A stretch of 64,000 nucleotides of DNA. Origin: Elusimicrobiota bacterium (GTDB lineage Bacteria; Elusimicrobiota; Elusimicrobia; UBA1565; UBA9628). The notes below the pieces were generated by a model. The model saw only the letters and a list, made by a program, of their open reading frames with translations. It made no database searches and had not been told where the DNA came from. This document shows, one piece after another, positions 39,698 to 48,837 of this stretch. Positions within the stretch are counted from its first letter, which is position 1. Each line of letters opens with the position of its first letter. The stretch lies in NCBI GenBank assembly GCA_027319565.1, contig DAHVNA010000002.1:39283-103282 (forward strand), written 5' to 3'. Position numbers and translations under genes: made by a program.

Positions 39698-40970
39698 ACG
39701 AAGAATCTACAAAAAAATAAGCGGGAACGGCTGGCTTTTTGCTAACATCGTTTCAGTGCTTATCCTAGAATCGGTCGCGCTCGCTTTGGCGTTTCTGATG
39801 TCATTATTTACTTTTATGCGCTTATTTTCCCGGCACACCTATCGTCAAACTCCCGCGAAAAATAATTCCGCCGGCGATGTGGGTTGGGAAAAATTAGATC
39901 AGCTTCTGGATATGCTTTCAAATCTGCAGGAAGAAGGCGTCTCCTATTCGGGGCTAGTCTCAAGAGAAGATTTTGGAAAAGCGGTTTTAAAAGCCGCCTG
40001 CCGTCTGATGAATTGCGAGCGCGGCTCGATCATGCTTTGGGAAGAAAGCGGCGGACATCTTAAAATCGTCGCCGCCGTTCCAGAAACGGGAAAGCCCCAA
40101 ACTCTTTTTCTCAAACCGGGGGAAGGAATCGCCGGAGAAGCGTTCTCTAAAGCCCAGACTATTTTGATCGAAGACCCCTCTTCTGATCCGCGATATTTAT
40201 CTTCCCAAAACCACACTCACCCGTTTTTATCAATGCCGCTTTTAATTCAGTCAAAGCCGATCGGTGTTCTCAATCTTCATGCCACCGGAAACGCGGCTCC
40301 TTTTAAAGACCACAACGCGAAATTTTTAAAAATTCTCGCCTCCGAAGCGGCTGTCACCTTTCACAACCTAGAGCTCTTTGAGCGTTTGGAAACTTTTTAT
40401 CTTGAAATGGTCAAGACTCTTGCACGCGCGGTGGACTCCAAGGATCACTACACCCATGAGCACTCCGATCGGGCTTCCAGCAGGGCCAAACGGCTGGCCA
40501 AGGCCCTTGATCTTGATCCGACCTATGCCCGCTACGTCGAATATGCGGCGCTGCTTCACGATATCGGAAAAATCGGCATTGACGAAGCGATTCTCAATAA
40601 ACCTGGGAAATTGACGGCGGAAGAATACGAAGAGATGAAAAAGCATCCCCTGATCGGGCATCAAATCTTGGCTCCGGTCAAATTTTTAGGACCGGTCGCT
40701 CAGATGGTTCTCCATCATCAGGAATGGTATGACGGACGCGGATATCCCAGCGGGCTTAAAGGCGAAAAAATACCTCTCGGTTCCCGGATTGTCGCCGTCA
40801 TAGACGCTTGGGACGCCATGACCTCCGATCGCCCCTACCGCAAAGCTTTGGGACGGGAAAAAGCCATCGCGGAATTGCAAAAAGGAGCGGGCACGCAATT
40901 TGATCCCGCGGTGGTCGAGGCCTTTCTTAAAATAGAAGCGGAAGAAGGCCTTGCCCCCCAGAGATCGTGA
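39675..40970 (+). CDS. GAF-domain HD-GYP phosphodiesterase
   Basis: GAF region, then an HD domain (HSDRASSRAKRLA...LLHDIGKIGI) and HHQEWYDGRGYP (GYP motif). A start at 39675 would overlap the divergent coaD start by 23 nt, so the true start is probably an internal Met near 39798. Confidence 0.8.
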   Translation: MRFFELGIRRIYKKISGNGWLFANIVSVLILESVALALAFLMSLFTFMRLFSRHTYRQTPAKNNSAGDVGWEKLDQLLDMLSNLQEEGVSYSGLVSREDFGKAVLKAACRLMNCERGSIMLWEESGGHLKIVAAVPETGKPQTLFLKPGEGIAGEAFSKAQTILIEDPSSDPRYLSSQNHTHPFLSMPLLIQSKPIGVLNLHATGNAAPFKDHNAKFLKILASEAAVTFHNLELFERLETFYLEMVKTLARAVDSKDHYTHEHSDRASSRAKRLAKALDLDPTYARYVEYAALLHDIGKIGIDEAILNKPGKLTAEEYEEMKKHPLIGHQILAPVKFLGPVAQMVLHHQEWYDGRGYPSGLKGEKIPLGSRIVAVIDAWDAMTSDRPYRKALGREKAIAELQKGAGTQFDPAVVEAFLKIEAEEGLAPQRS

Positions 40971-41662
40971 TGCTGACGATCGTACCCACTCCCATCGGGA
41001 ATTTGGGAGATATGGGGCCCCGCGGGCTTGAAGCGCTTAAAAAAGCCTCCATTATTTATTGTGAAGACACCCGGAGAACGCGCATTCTCACTTCTTATTT
41101 TGGAATTTCATCCCCGCTCAAACGATACGACGAACATAATCCAAAAATTTTAAGGCAAATGATTGACGAACTCAAAAGCGGGAAATCCCTCGCCTTGGTT
41201 TCCGATGGCGGCCTTCCGGGAATCTCGGACCCCGGACACAAGATTGTCGCTTTGGCTCGAAGAGAAAAGATAGAAGTTTCGGCGATCCCCGGCCCCAGCG
41301 CGGTCGTAACGGCCCTGGCCGCTTCCGGCCTTCCCGCCGACTCTTTTATTTTTCTGGGTTTCTTGCCCAGATCCCCGGGAAAACGAAAACGCATTTTGGA
41401 AGCCCTGGCCCCCCTTCAGAGAACCATCGTCATTTATGAATCCCCTTTTCGCGTCAAAAATTTGATGAAGGAACTTTCCGAGGTTTTTGTTTCAACGGCC
41501 CAGTGCGCGGTTGCCCGAGAAATTTCTAAAATACATGAGGAATGGTTTTATGGGAACCTCGGCGAGGTCTCAGACCAAATACAGTCAAAGGAAACCGTTC
41601 TCGGAGAATTTGTCGTGATGATTCATCCTAAAGGAGACTTATTTCATGGGCCTGAAAGTTGA
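40967..41662 (+). CDS. rsmI: 16S rRNA (cytidine1402-2'-O)-methyltransferase
   Basis: Tetrapyrrole-methylase fold N-terminus MLTIVPTPIGNLGDM...YCEDTR. Confidence 0.85.
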   Translation: MMLTIVPTPIGNLGDMGPRGLEALKKASIIYCEDTRRTRILTSYFGISSPLKRYDEHNPKILRQMIDELKSGKSLALVSDGGLPGISDPGHKIVALARREKIEVSAIPGPSAVVTALAASGLPADSFIFLGFLPRSPGKRKRILEALAPLQRTIVIYESPFRVKNLMKELSEVFVSTAQCAVAREISKIHEEWFYGNLGEVSDQIQSKETVLGEFVVMIHPKGDLFHGPES

Positions 41663-42323
41663 TACGCAGATTTTTCACTTAGGAGAGACTGGCAAGCTGC
41701 CGGAAGAATCCATTCAAGCCTTGGCCGCCGCCGCAAAGGCTTCCCGAATCATCATTTTTCCGACCGACACCGTTTACGGCGTGGGTTCGACCGGCCTAAT
41801 CAAGGCCGCCTCCCGACGCATTTATCAGATTAAAGCCCGCCCCAGCATCAAACCGCTTCCGGTTTTAGTCTGGTCGGTCGAAGAAGCCAAAAAATGGGTT
41901 CAATGGACCGAGCAAGCGGAAAAATTGTCCAAGAAATTTTGGCCGGGAGCTTTAACCTTGGTTTTAAAGCCCACGCAACAAGGGAAAATATTGACCTTCC
42001 CGGAATATCAGACAGTCGCCATTCGCGTTCCCAATCATCCCTTGCTCAACGAGATTATCAAAGCCTCGGGAGCGCCCTGGGTGTCGACTAGCGCCAATAT
42101 CTCCGGTTCTCCGGCGATGTCGAAGGGAGAAGACGTGGTTTCCACTTTCAGAGGAGTCGTCGATTATATCGTCGCCTCCGGAAATACCCCGGGCGGAGAA
42201 TCCAGCGTCATCGACGCGACCGGCAAAACCATTCGCATTTTAAGGGAAGGAAAAATTTCCGCATCCGAAGCTTTCGCCGTTTGTCCTCCAGAAAACGCCT
42301 CGGCGGCGGGAGCGCAAAAATGA
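41646..42323 (+). CDS. tsaC: L-threonylcarbamoyladenylate synthase (YrdC/Sua5 family)
   Basis: [13 protein letters not shown] motif. Its stop overlaps the glyA start as ATGA. Confidence 0.8.
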   Translation: MGLKVDTQIFHLGETGKLPEESIQALAAAAKASRIIIFPTDTVYGVGSTGLIKAASRRIYQIKARPSIKPLPVLVWSVEEAKKWVQWTEQAEKLSKKFWPGALTLVLKPTQQGKILTFPEYQTVAIRVPNHPLLNEIIKASGAPWVSTSANISGSPAMSKGEDVVSTFRGVVDYIVASGNTPGGESSVIDATGKTIRILREGKISASEAFAVCPPENASAAGAQK

Positions 42324-43585
42324 ACTCTATTCTCGAACGACAAGACCCTGAAATTTACCGCGCCATCGTTCTTGAAAATGAAAGGCAAAGAGACAATCTC
42401 GAACTCATCGCTTCCGAAAATTACGTCTCCCCCGCGGTCCTAGAAGCCCAAGGTTCGATTCTGACCAACAAATATGCCGAGGGATATCCGGGAAAACGCT
42501 ATTACGGGGGATGCGAATTCGTGGATATCGCGGAAAAATTGGCGATTGAACGGGCGCAAACCCTTTTTCACGCCGAGCACGCCAATGTTCAGCCCCATTC
42601 CGGAACCCAGGCCAATATGGCGGTCTATCTTTCGGTTTTAAAACCCGGAGACGCGGTGATGGGCCTCAACCTGGCCCACGGAGGACATCTCTCCCATGGA
42701 CATCCCCTCAATTTCTCGGGAAAATATTTCAACATCATTCCAATTAACGTATCTAAGGAAACCGAACTGATTGATTATGATGAGGCCGAGCGTTCGGCCT
42801 TGGAACACAAGCCGCGCTTGATTTTTGCCGGGGCCTCGAACTATTCCCGCAAATTCGACTGGATACGCCTTAAAAAGATTGCGGATTCCGTGGGGGCTTT
42901 TTTCGCCGCCGATGTCGCCCATTACGCGGGGCTTATCGCCGCGGAAATTTATCCCTCTCCCGTGCCCTTGGCGGATTTCGTCACTTCGACAACCCATAAA
43001 ACCCTGCGCGGCCCTAGAGGCGGGCTCATTTTGTCCAAATCCGCCCATCAAGCGAATCTCGATAAGATTATGTTCCCGGGAATTCAAGGCGGACCCTTGA
43101 TGCATATTATCGCGGCCAAGGCCGTCTGCTTTGGAGAAGCCCTCAAGCCGGAATTCCGGCAATACCAGGCCCAAATCCTCGCTAATGCCCGCAAACTGGC
43201 GGACGAATTGAAATCAAAAGGCTTCCGGATCGTCGCGGGCGGAACGGACTGTCATCTGTTTTCCGTCGATCTGCGAGCGAAAAATATAACCGGGAAAGAA
43301 GCCGAGGAGGCTTTGGATAAAGCCGGCATCACCGTCAATAAAAATTCGATTCCATATGATCCGCAAAAACCATTTATCGCTTCCGGAATCCGTATTGGAA
43401 CTCCGGCCATTACCACGCGCGGGATGAAAGAAAACGAGATGGTCCACATCGCCAATCTCATTAATGAAGCTCTGTCAAAATCGAAAGATGAAGCCGGGCT
43501 CAAAGCGATCAGGGGCGAGGTTAAAAAACTCTGCTCTCGCTTTCCAGTTCCGACCCAAGAAAATTTAAAAGTAGCCGCCGTCTAA
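42320..43585 (+). CDS. glyA: Serine hydroxymethyltransferase
   Basis: Start at ATG 42320 ([11 protein letters not shown]). The PLP-lysine region [13 protein letters not shown] is highly conserved. Confidence 0.95.
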   Translation: MNSILERQDPEIYRAIVLENERQRDNLELIASENYVSPAVLEAQGSILTNKYAEGYPGKRYYGGCEFVDIAEKLAIERAQTLFHAEHANVQPHSGTQANMAVYLSVLKPGDAVMGLNLAHGGHLSHGHPLNFSGKYFNIIPINVSKETELIDYDEAERSALEHKPRLIFAGASNYSRKFDWIRLKKIADSVGAFFAADVAHYAGLIAAEIYPSPVPLADFVTSTTHKTLRGPRGGLILSKSAHQANLDKIMFPGIQGGPLMHIIAAKAVCFGEALKPEFRQYQAQILANARKLADELKSKGFRIVAGGTDCHLFSVDLRAKNITGKEAEEALDKAGITVNKNSIPYDPQKPFIASGIRIGTPAITTRGMKENEMVHIANLINEALSKSKDEAGLKAIRGEVKKLCSRFPVPTQENLKVAAV

Positions 43586-43611
43586 TCAAATAAAAAAATA
43601 AAGGAAATATT

Positions 43612-44487
43612 ATGAAATCATCTTCTAGCAAAAAAGCCAAGGTAGGAATTATCGGGGGAAGCGGTCTTTATGATATGGACGGATTCTCCAATAAACGCCT
43701 GCTCAAGGTGAAAACCCCTTTCGGAGAGCCTTCGGCGCCCTTGATTTTAGGCGAAATTTCCGGAGTTTCCTGCGCTTTTTTGGCGCGACACGGAAACGGG
43801 CACACCATTTTGCCGCAAGAAATCAATGTGCGGGCCAATATCTGGGCGCTTAAATCGGTCGGCGTTGAGCGCTTGATCGGAGTGACCGCGGTCGGATCTT
43901 TGAAGGAAGAAGTCTCTCCGCGGCATTTCGTTTTTCCGGACCAGATTTTCGATCTCACCCATGGCCGTAACGCCACTTTCTTTGGAAACGGAATCGTCGC
44001 CCATACGGCTTTTCACACTCCGTTTTGCCTTGAGCAATCGAAAATCCTTTTTGAAAAATCAAAAGCCTTGGGGGTTTCGACTCACCAAGGAGGAACCTAC
44101 CTTTGCATGCAGGGACCTCTTTTTTCGACCAAGGCCGAATCCCGCTTCTACAAGGGTCTCGGCTTTTCCGTCATCGGCATGACGGCCGCAACCGAGGCAA
44201 AACTCGCCAGAGAAGCCGAACTGTGCTACTCCCTGATTAGCCTCGTCACCGATTACGATTGCTGGAAAGACGGAGAAGAAGTTTCCGCCGACATCGTCAC
44301 CTCCGTCATGCATGACAATTCCAAGAACGCTCAAAAACTTCTTATTTCGGCCATCTCCGATATCGCCAATCGCAAGCCCCAATGCTCTTGTCCAGAAGCC
44401 ATGAAACACGCGATTGTCACCGCTCCCAAATCCATTAAGCCGGCGGCGAAAAAGAAACTATCCTTGATTATTGGGAAATATATTTAA
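43612..44487 (+). CDS. mtnP: S-methyl-5'-thioadenosine phosphorylase (PNP/MTAP family)
   Basis: KVGIIGGSGL N-terminus, FLARHG and the PNP-family phosphate/ribose-binding regions. Confidence 0.8.
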   Translation: MKSSSSKKAKVGIIGGSGLYDMDGFSNKRLLKVKTPFGEPSAPLILGEISGVSCAFLARHGNGHTILPQEINVRANIWALKSVGVERLIGVTAVGSLKEEVSPRHFVFPDQIFDLTHGRNATFFGNGIVAHTAFHTPFCLEQSKILFEKSKALGVSTHQGGTYLCMQGPLFSTKAESRFYKGLGFSVIGMTAATEAKLAREAELCYSLISLVTDYDCWKDGEEVSADIVTSVMHDNSKNAQKLLISAISDIANRKPQCSCPEAMKHAIVTAPKSIKPAAKKKLSLIIGKYI

Positions 44488-44918
44488 TGCCTCAAGACCG
44501 CAAGACACTCAGCCGAGCTCAAAAAAATAAGCTCATTGAGCTTGCCCTCAAAGCGCGCAAAAGCGCCTATTGCCCCTATTCCCATTATGCGGTCGGAGCG
44601 GCGGTTTTAACTTCCTCCGGAAAAATTTATTCCGGGTGCAATGTTGAAAATTCTTCATATGGGCTCAGCATCTGCGCGGAGAGAAACGCCATTTTTAATG
44701 CTGTTGCCTGCGGAGATAAAAAAATAATCGCTCTGAGTGTCGCGACCAAATCGCCCAAACCCTGCGGGGCTTGCCGACAGGTACTCATGGAGTTTGCCGG
44801 GCATGGGAGCCCGGTTTTATTAGTGGACGTCTCTTTAAAAGACCCTTTTTCCAACATATTAGAAACGACCGCGGGACACTTACTCCCGTGGGCCTTTGTG
44901 TTTCACCAGAGAAAATAA
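44487..44918 (+). CDS. cdd: Cytidine deaminase
   Basis: CAERNAI and PCGACRQ zinc-ligand motifs. The start overlaps the mtnP stop. Confidence 0.85.
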   Translation: MPQDRKTLSRAQKNKLIELALKARKSAYCPYSHYAVGAAVLTSSGKIYSGCNVENSSYGLSICAERNAIFNAVACGDKKIIALSVATKSPKPCGACRQVLMEFAGHGSPVLLVDVSLKDPFSNILETTAGHLLPWAFVFHQRK

Positions 44919-44985
44919 AACTCAAATCCCGGCCCTCGGCTTTTTAAAATTGCTAAAATGAATATGGGCCTCTTAAGGGAAAAAT

Positions 44986-45378
44986 ATGAGAACAGAAGAG
45001 ATTAAAGAGATTCTTAATTGGGTCAAAAGCACGGATTTAACGCAAGTCTCGCTTAAAGAAAAGGGATCCGGGTTTGGATTTTCAACCTCAGAACATCCCG
45101 ATGAATCCTTCGCGGAAATGCCCGCCCCCCACTATCAATGCGTATCGGCTCCGGCGATAGGAACTTTTCATTGGTCCCGACCAGGACACCCGCAAAAAGT
45201 AGAGGAGGGAATTTCTCTTCTCTCGGAGGAAGTCATCGGTTACATCGAGACCTTGCCGGGAAAAACCGTTCCGGTCAAAATTTCCTCCTCCGGCAAGGTG
45301 GCTCGCATCTTAGTTGAAGAATCAAGCCCCGTCGCTTACGGACAAGCCTTGATTTTTATCGAGCCAGACGGGAAGTAA
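44986..45378 (+). CDS. BCCP-like biotinyl-domain protein with non-canonical motif
   Basis: Lies in the accB position upstream of accC. The C-terminal hybrid-barrel domain aligns to BCCP (IGTFHW...ILVEESSPVAYGQALIFIE), but the EAMKM biotinyl-lysine motif is replaced by ETLPGKT. Confidence 0.6.
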   Translation: MRTEEIKEILNWVKSTDLTQVSLKEKGSGFGFSTSEHPDESFAEMPAPHYQCVSAPAIGTFHWSRPGHPQKVEEGISLLSEEVIGYIETLPGKTVPVKISSSGKVARILVEESSPVAYGQALIFIEPDGK

Positions 45379-45380
45379 TC

Positions 45381-46733
45381 GTGTTTAAAAAAATTCTGAT
45401 CGCCAATAGAGGCGAAATCGCTCTCCGCGTCATTCGCGCCTGCCGCGAAATGGGCATCCAATCGGTCGCCGTTTACTCCGAAGCCGATCGCGAATCCATG
45501 CATGTGCGGATGGCCGATGAGGCTTATTGCATTGGCCCGGCGCCAGCCAAACAAAGCTATCTTAATTCCGAAGCCCTTTTGACGGCAGCGCGCATAAGCC
45601 AAGCCGAAGCCGTTCACCCGGGATACGGATTTCTCTCTGAAAACGCGGATTTTTCCGAGGCCTGCGCCAAAAACGGAATCGTTTTTATCGGCCCTTCAGC
45701 TTCTGCCATCCGAAAACTCGGCTATAAAAGCACCGCCAAGACCTTGGCCCGGGAGGCGGGCGTGCCGGTCGTTCCAGGAACCCAGGGACTCGTTGACGAA
45801 CATTTCATGAAAGAAGCCCAGGCCGTGGGTTTTCCGGTCATGGTCAAAGCCGCCTCTGGCGGAGGCGGGAAAGGGCTTAGGCTTGTCCGCGATCCCAAAG
45901 AGTTAGAAGCGCAGCTCAAACTCGCTCAAAGCGAAGCCCAAGCCGCTTTTGGAGACGGCTCGGTCTATATCGAAAAATTTATCGAACGCCCGCGGCACGT
46001 CGAAATTCAAATCGCCGCCGATAATTTCGGAAACGTCGTCGCTTTCCCAGAAAGAGATTGCACGGTTCAAAGGCGGCATCAAAAATTGATCGAGGAATCG
46101 CCTTCCCCCAAGGTGACGCCGGAAATCCGCGCTAAAATGCAAGAAGCGGCGCGAAAATTAGCCTTGGCCGCCAAATATTCCAATGTCGGCACCGTTGAAT
46201 TTCTGCTGGGCCCAGACGGCAATTTTTATTTTATCGAGGTCAACACCCGGCTTCAAGTCGAACACCCGGTCACCGAATCCGTCACCGGTCTTGATCTTGT
46301 CAACACCCAAATTCGCCTGGCCGCGGGCGAAAAGCTTCCGTTTGACCAAGCGCGCGCCTCTGAAATTCATTTTCATTCCATAGAACACCGAATCAACGCC
46401 GAGGACCCGGATAATAATTTCGCGCCGTCTCCGGGAAAAATTTCGGAAGTCATTTTTCCAGGCGGCTGCGGGGTGCGTCTTGACACCCATATTTATTCGG
46501 GATACACCGTGCCCAGTTTTTACGATAGTCTGATCGCCAAACTCATCGTTTTTTCTTCCGACAGGAATAACGCCGTCAAACGGAGTCTTCGCGCTCTGTC
46601 GGAACTTCAGACCCCGGGAATTAAAACGACCAGGGATTTTCATAAAAAAGTCCTGTCTCATCAAGATTTTCTCTCTGGAGATTTTGACACTTCCTTCGTT
46701 GAAAAATATTTTCTTCCTAATTCCAAGCATTAG
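45381..46733 (+). CDS. accC: Acetyl-CoA carboxylase biotin carboxylase subunit
   Basis: MFKKILIANRGEIALRVIRAC N-terminus and a highly conserved ATP-grasp domain. Confidence 0.95.
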   Translation: MFKKILIANRGEIALRVIRACREMGIQSVAVYSEADRESMHVRMADEAYCIGPAPAKQSYLNSEALLTAARISQAEAVHPGYGFLSENADFSEACAKNGIVFIGPSASAIRKLGYKSTAKTLAREAGVPVVPGTQGLVDEHFMKEAQAVGFPVMVKAASGGGGKGLRLVRDPKELEAQLKLAQSEAQAAFGDGSVYIEKFIERPRHVEIQIAADNFGNVVAFPERDCTVQRRHQKLIEESPSPKVTPEIRAKMQEAARKLALAAKYSNVGTVEFLLGPDGNFYFIEVNTRLQVEHPVTESVTGLDLVNTQIRLAAGEKLPFDQARASEIHFHSIEHRINAEDPDNNFAPSPGKISEVIFPGGCGVRLDTHIYSGYTVPSFYDSLIAKLIVFSSDRNNAVKRSLRALSELQTPGIKTTRDFHKKVLSHQDFLSGDFDTSFVEKYFLPNSKH

Positions 46734-47355
46734 AAATCTGCGGACCTCTCTATTTTTACTCGCTTTTCTTCTGATGCCGAAAGCGGTTTTGTCTTGCCCC
46801 AATCTGATTGATTGTTCGCCCCAAAGCCCCCATATCAGCGGGCCATGGGCTCTCTTTACGACTCCTTATTTCCCCTTGGCGATGACGACCTTAACCGCCG
46901 GAAGCGCGATCTGGGATGGAGCCCAAACGCGCTTTGGAAAAACTCTTTGGCAGAGTCTTGATTCCGCCGTCATCGCCTCCGTTTCCAACACCGGAATGAA
47001 ATATGCTTTTCAAAGGGCCCGGCCGACCCAAAACCTGGGGGCCAACGCCTGGTTTTCCGGACCGCAAAGCCAAAGCTTTCCCTCTAGCGACGTGTCCAAC
47101 ACCGCAGCTCTTGTCTCTCCTTTTATTTATGAATATGGTTCGGATCACCCGATGGTGTATCTTCTGACTCTTTTGCCCGTCGCCGACGCGGCGGCCAGAG
47201 TCGAAGCGCGCGGACATTACCCGACAGACACTCTTGGAGGCATGGCCTTGGGTTTTGCCAGCGGCTGGGCGGCCAGGCATTTTTTCAAATCGCCGTTTAC
47301 CTTGCAGATTATTCCGGGAAGAGACTGGTCCGTCGGAATATCGCGAAAATTCTAA
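46684..47355 (+). CDS. PAP2-family phosphatase-like membrane protein
   Basis: KX6RP (KYAFQRARP) and SRX5HX3D-like (ARGHYPTD) motifs. The middle motif reads PSSD rather than PSGH. The start is likely an internal Met (~46774). Confidence 0.55.
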   Translation: MTLPSLKNIFFLIPSIRNLRTSLFLLAFLLMPKAVLSCPNLIDCSPQSPHISGPWALFTTPYFPLAMTTLTAGSAIWDGAQTRFGKTLWQSLDSAVIASVSNTGMKYAFQRARPTQNLGANAWFSGPQSQSFPSSDVSNTAALVSPFIYEYGSDHPMVYLLTLLPVADAAARVEARGHYPTDTLGGMALGFASGWAARHFFKSPFTLQIIPGRDWSVGISRKF

Positions 47356-48038
47356 CCGGCGGAATCTTCCAGAACAAATTGAAAAGTCGTCCCGCCGCAA
47401 ACGATAATATCTCCGTCCTTTAAGAGAGTCGAACCGGTGATTTTCTCGCCATTGACCAGAGGATATCCGGAAACGACCGGAATCAAGACATACCCTTCGG
47501 GTTTGCGGTAAATAGAAGCGGCCACCTCGGGCGCCGAACCAAAAAGGCCCGTTCCTCTGATAGGGATTTGAACTCGATCGGATTTACCGATATAGGTGGA
47601 AAGGCCCTTAAGCTCGTATTCCGGAGAACCCTCCAAGCCCTTTAAAACCCTCAAGCGCCCGGATTTGGCGGGAGTTTTGGCCGACTGAGCGAGAATTTGC
47701 GATTGTTTCTCCGGAGTGAGAAAAATTGTTTTATCTCCTGCGGCGGGATCAGAATCTTGGATAAAGACCAATGAATGTTTGGCGACTCCAATAACGTCTT
47801 GATGGTGAAGCCCGCATTTTTTAATTCGTTTCTCATTGACATAGGTCCCATTCGTCGAATCAAGATCCTCGACATAATAGGTACCTCCTTCTAGGGTGAT
47901 TTTACAGTGATTAGAAGAGATGGCGGGATTATTAATCACGATATCGTTATTGGGGGATCTTCCAACCAAAAGCGGCCCTTTCTTTAAATTGATTTCCTTA
48001 AGCACCGCCGCGTTAAACTTAAGAAGGATTTTTGGCAT
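47352..48038 (-). CDS. FHA-domain protein
   Basis: N-terminal FHA motifs GRSPNNDIVINNPAISSNHCKI...TNGTYVNEKRI. The C-terminal ~120 aa are uncharacterised. Confidence 0.75.
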   Translation of the reverse strand: MPKILLKFNAAVLKEINLKKGPLLVGRSPNNDIVINNPAISSNHCKITLEGGTYYVEDLDSTNGTYVNEKRIKKCGLHHQDVIGVAKHSLVFIQDSDPAAGDKTIFLTPEKQSQILAQSAKTPAKSGRLRVLKGLEGSPEYELKGLSTYIGKSDRVQIPIRGTGLFGSAPEVAASIYRKPEGYVLIPVVSGYPLVNGEKITGSTLLKDGDIIVCGGTTFQFVLEDSAG

Positions 48039-48837
48039 TCTTTCCTCTAAAAATTGATTTCATTTTAGACCATGAAGCCCCCAAGGATGATTTTTCCCCG
48101 CCCCTTTCCACTCGGGCGACCACCACCGTGATATTATCAATTCCGCCGGATTTATTTGCTTCCGAGACTAGGTTTAATGCCAAATTTTTCACGTCATCAA
48201 GGCGCGATAAAATCTCTTGAATGCGGAAATCAGCGACCATCTTGGTCAGGCCATCAGAAGCCAGCAAAATTATATCTCCATAAAAAAGGGGATGAGTGGA
48301 AATATCCACTTCCACATCCGGGTTAGAGCCCACCGCGCGAGTTAAAAGATTTTGAAGTTCCGAAGTCGCGGCTTCTTCTTCCCGAAGAAGGCCTCGCCTG
48401 ACTTGTTCATGGACGACGGAGTGGTCTTCAGTCAGGCAGGACAACACGCCTTGTCTTAGAATATATCCACGGCTGTCTCCTACATGCGCCAGGGTCAAGG
48501 TCTTTCCATCGCCGCAAGCGCACACAAGAGTGGTGCCCATCCCGGCATCCTTGGTCATCGAGCGCCCTTTTTCATAGACCAGGCTGTTGGCCGCCTTGAC
48601 CGCGGCCTCTAAATCGGAAGCAGAAACCCGGCATTCATCGCCAGAACATTTCTGAATCAAAAAATCTTTCACCAGAGAAACCGCCAAAGAACTCGCCACC
48701 TCTCCGGAATTGTGTCCGCCCATGCCATCGGCGACGATGAAAATCCCTCTATCCCCATCGCAGAAAAATGAATCCTCATTATTACTCCGAACCCGTCCAA
48801 TATCGGTTAGCCCCGCCGCTTCAAAAAGAGGTTTCAT
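48019..48837 (-). CDS. PP2C-family Ser/Thr protein phosphatase
   Basis: FIVADGMGGHNSGEVAS metal-binding motif, and DGLT later in the sequence. Confidence 0.85.
   Translation of the reverse strand: MKPLFEAAGLTDIGRVRSNNEDSFFCDGDRGIFIVADGMGGHNSGEVASSLAVSLVKDFLIQKCSGDECRVSASDLEAAVKAANSLVYEKGRSMTKDAGMGTTLVCACGDGKTLTLAHVGDSRGYILRQGVLSCLTEDHSVVHEQVRRGLLREEEAATSELQNLLTRAVGSNPDVEVDISTHPLFYGDIILLASDGLTKMVADFRIQEILSRLDDVKNLALNLVSEANKSGGIDNITVVVARVERGGEKSSLGASWSKMKSIFRGKNAKNPS

Noticed and set aside
44919-44985. Terminator after cdd
   Set aside because: The GC-rich segment CCCGGCCCTCGGC does not form a clean hairpin followed by a U-tract.
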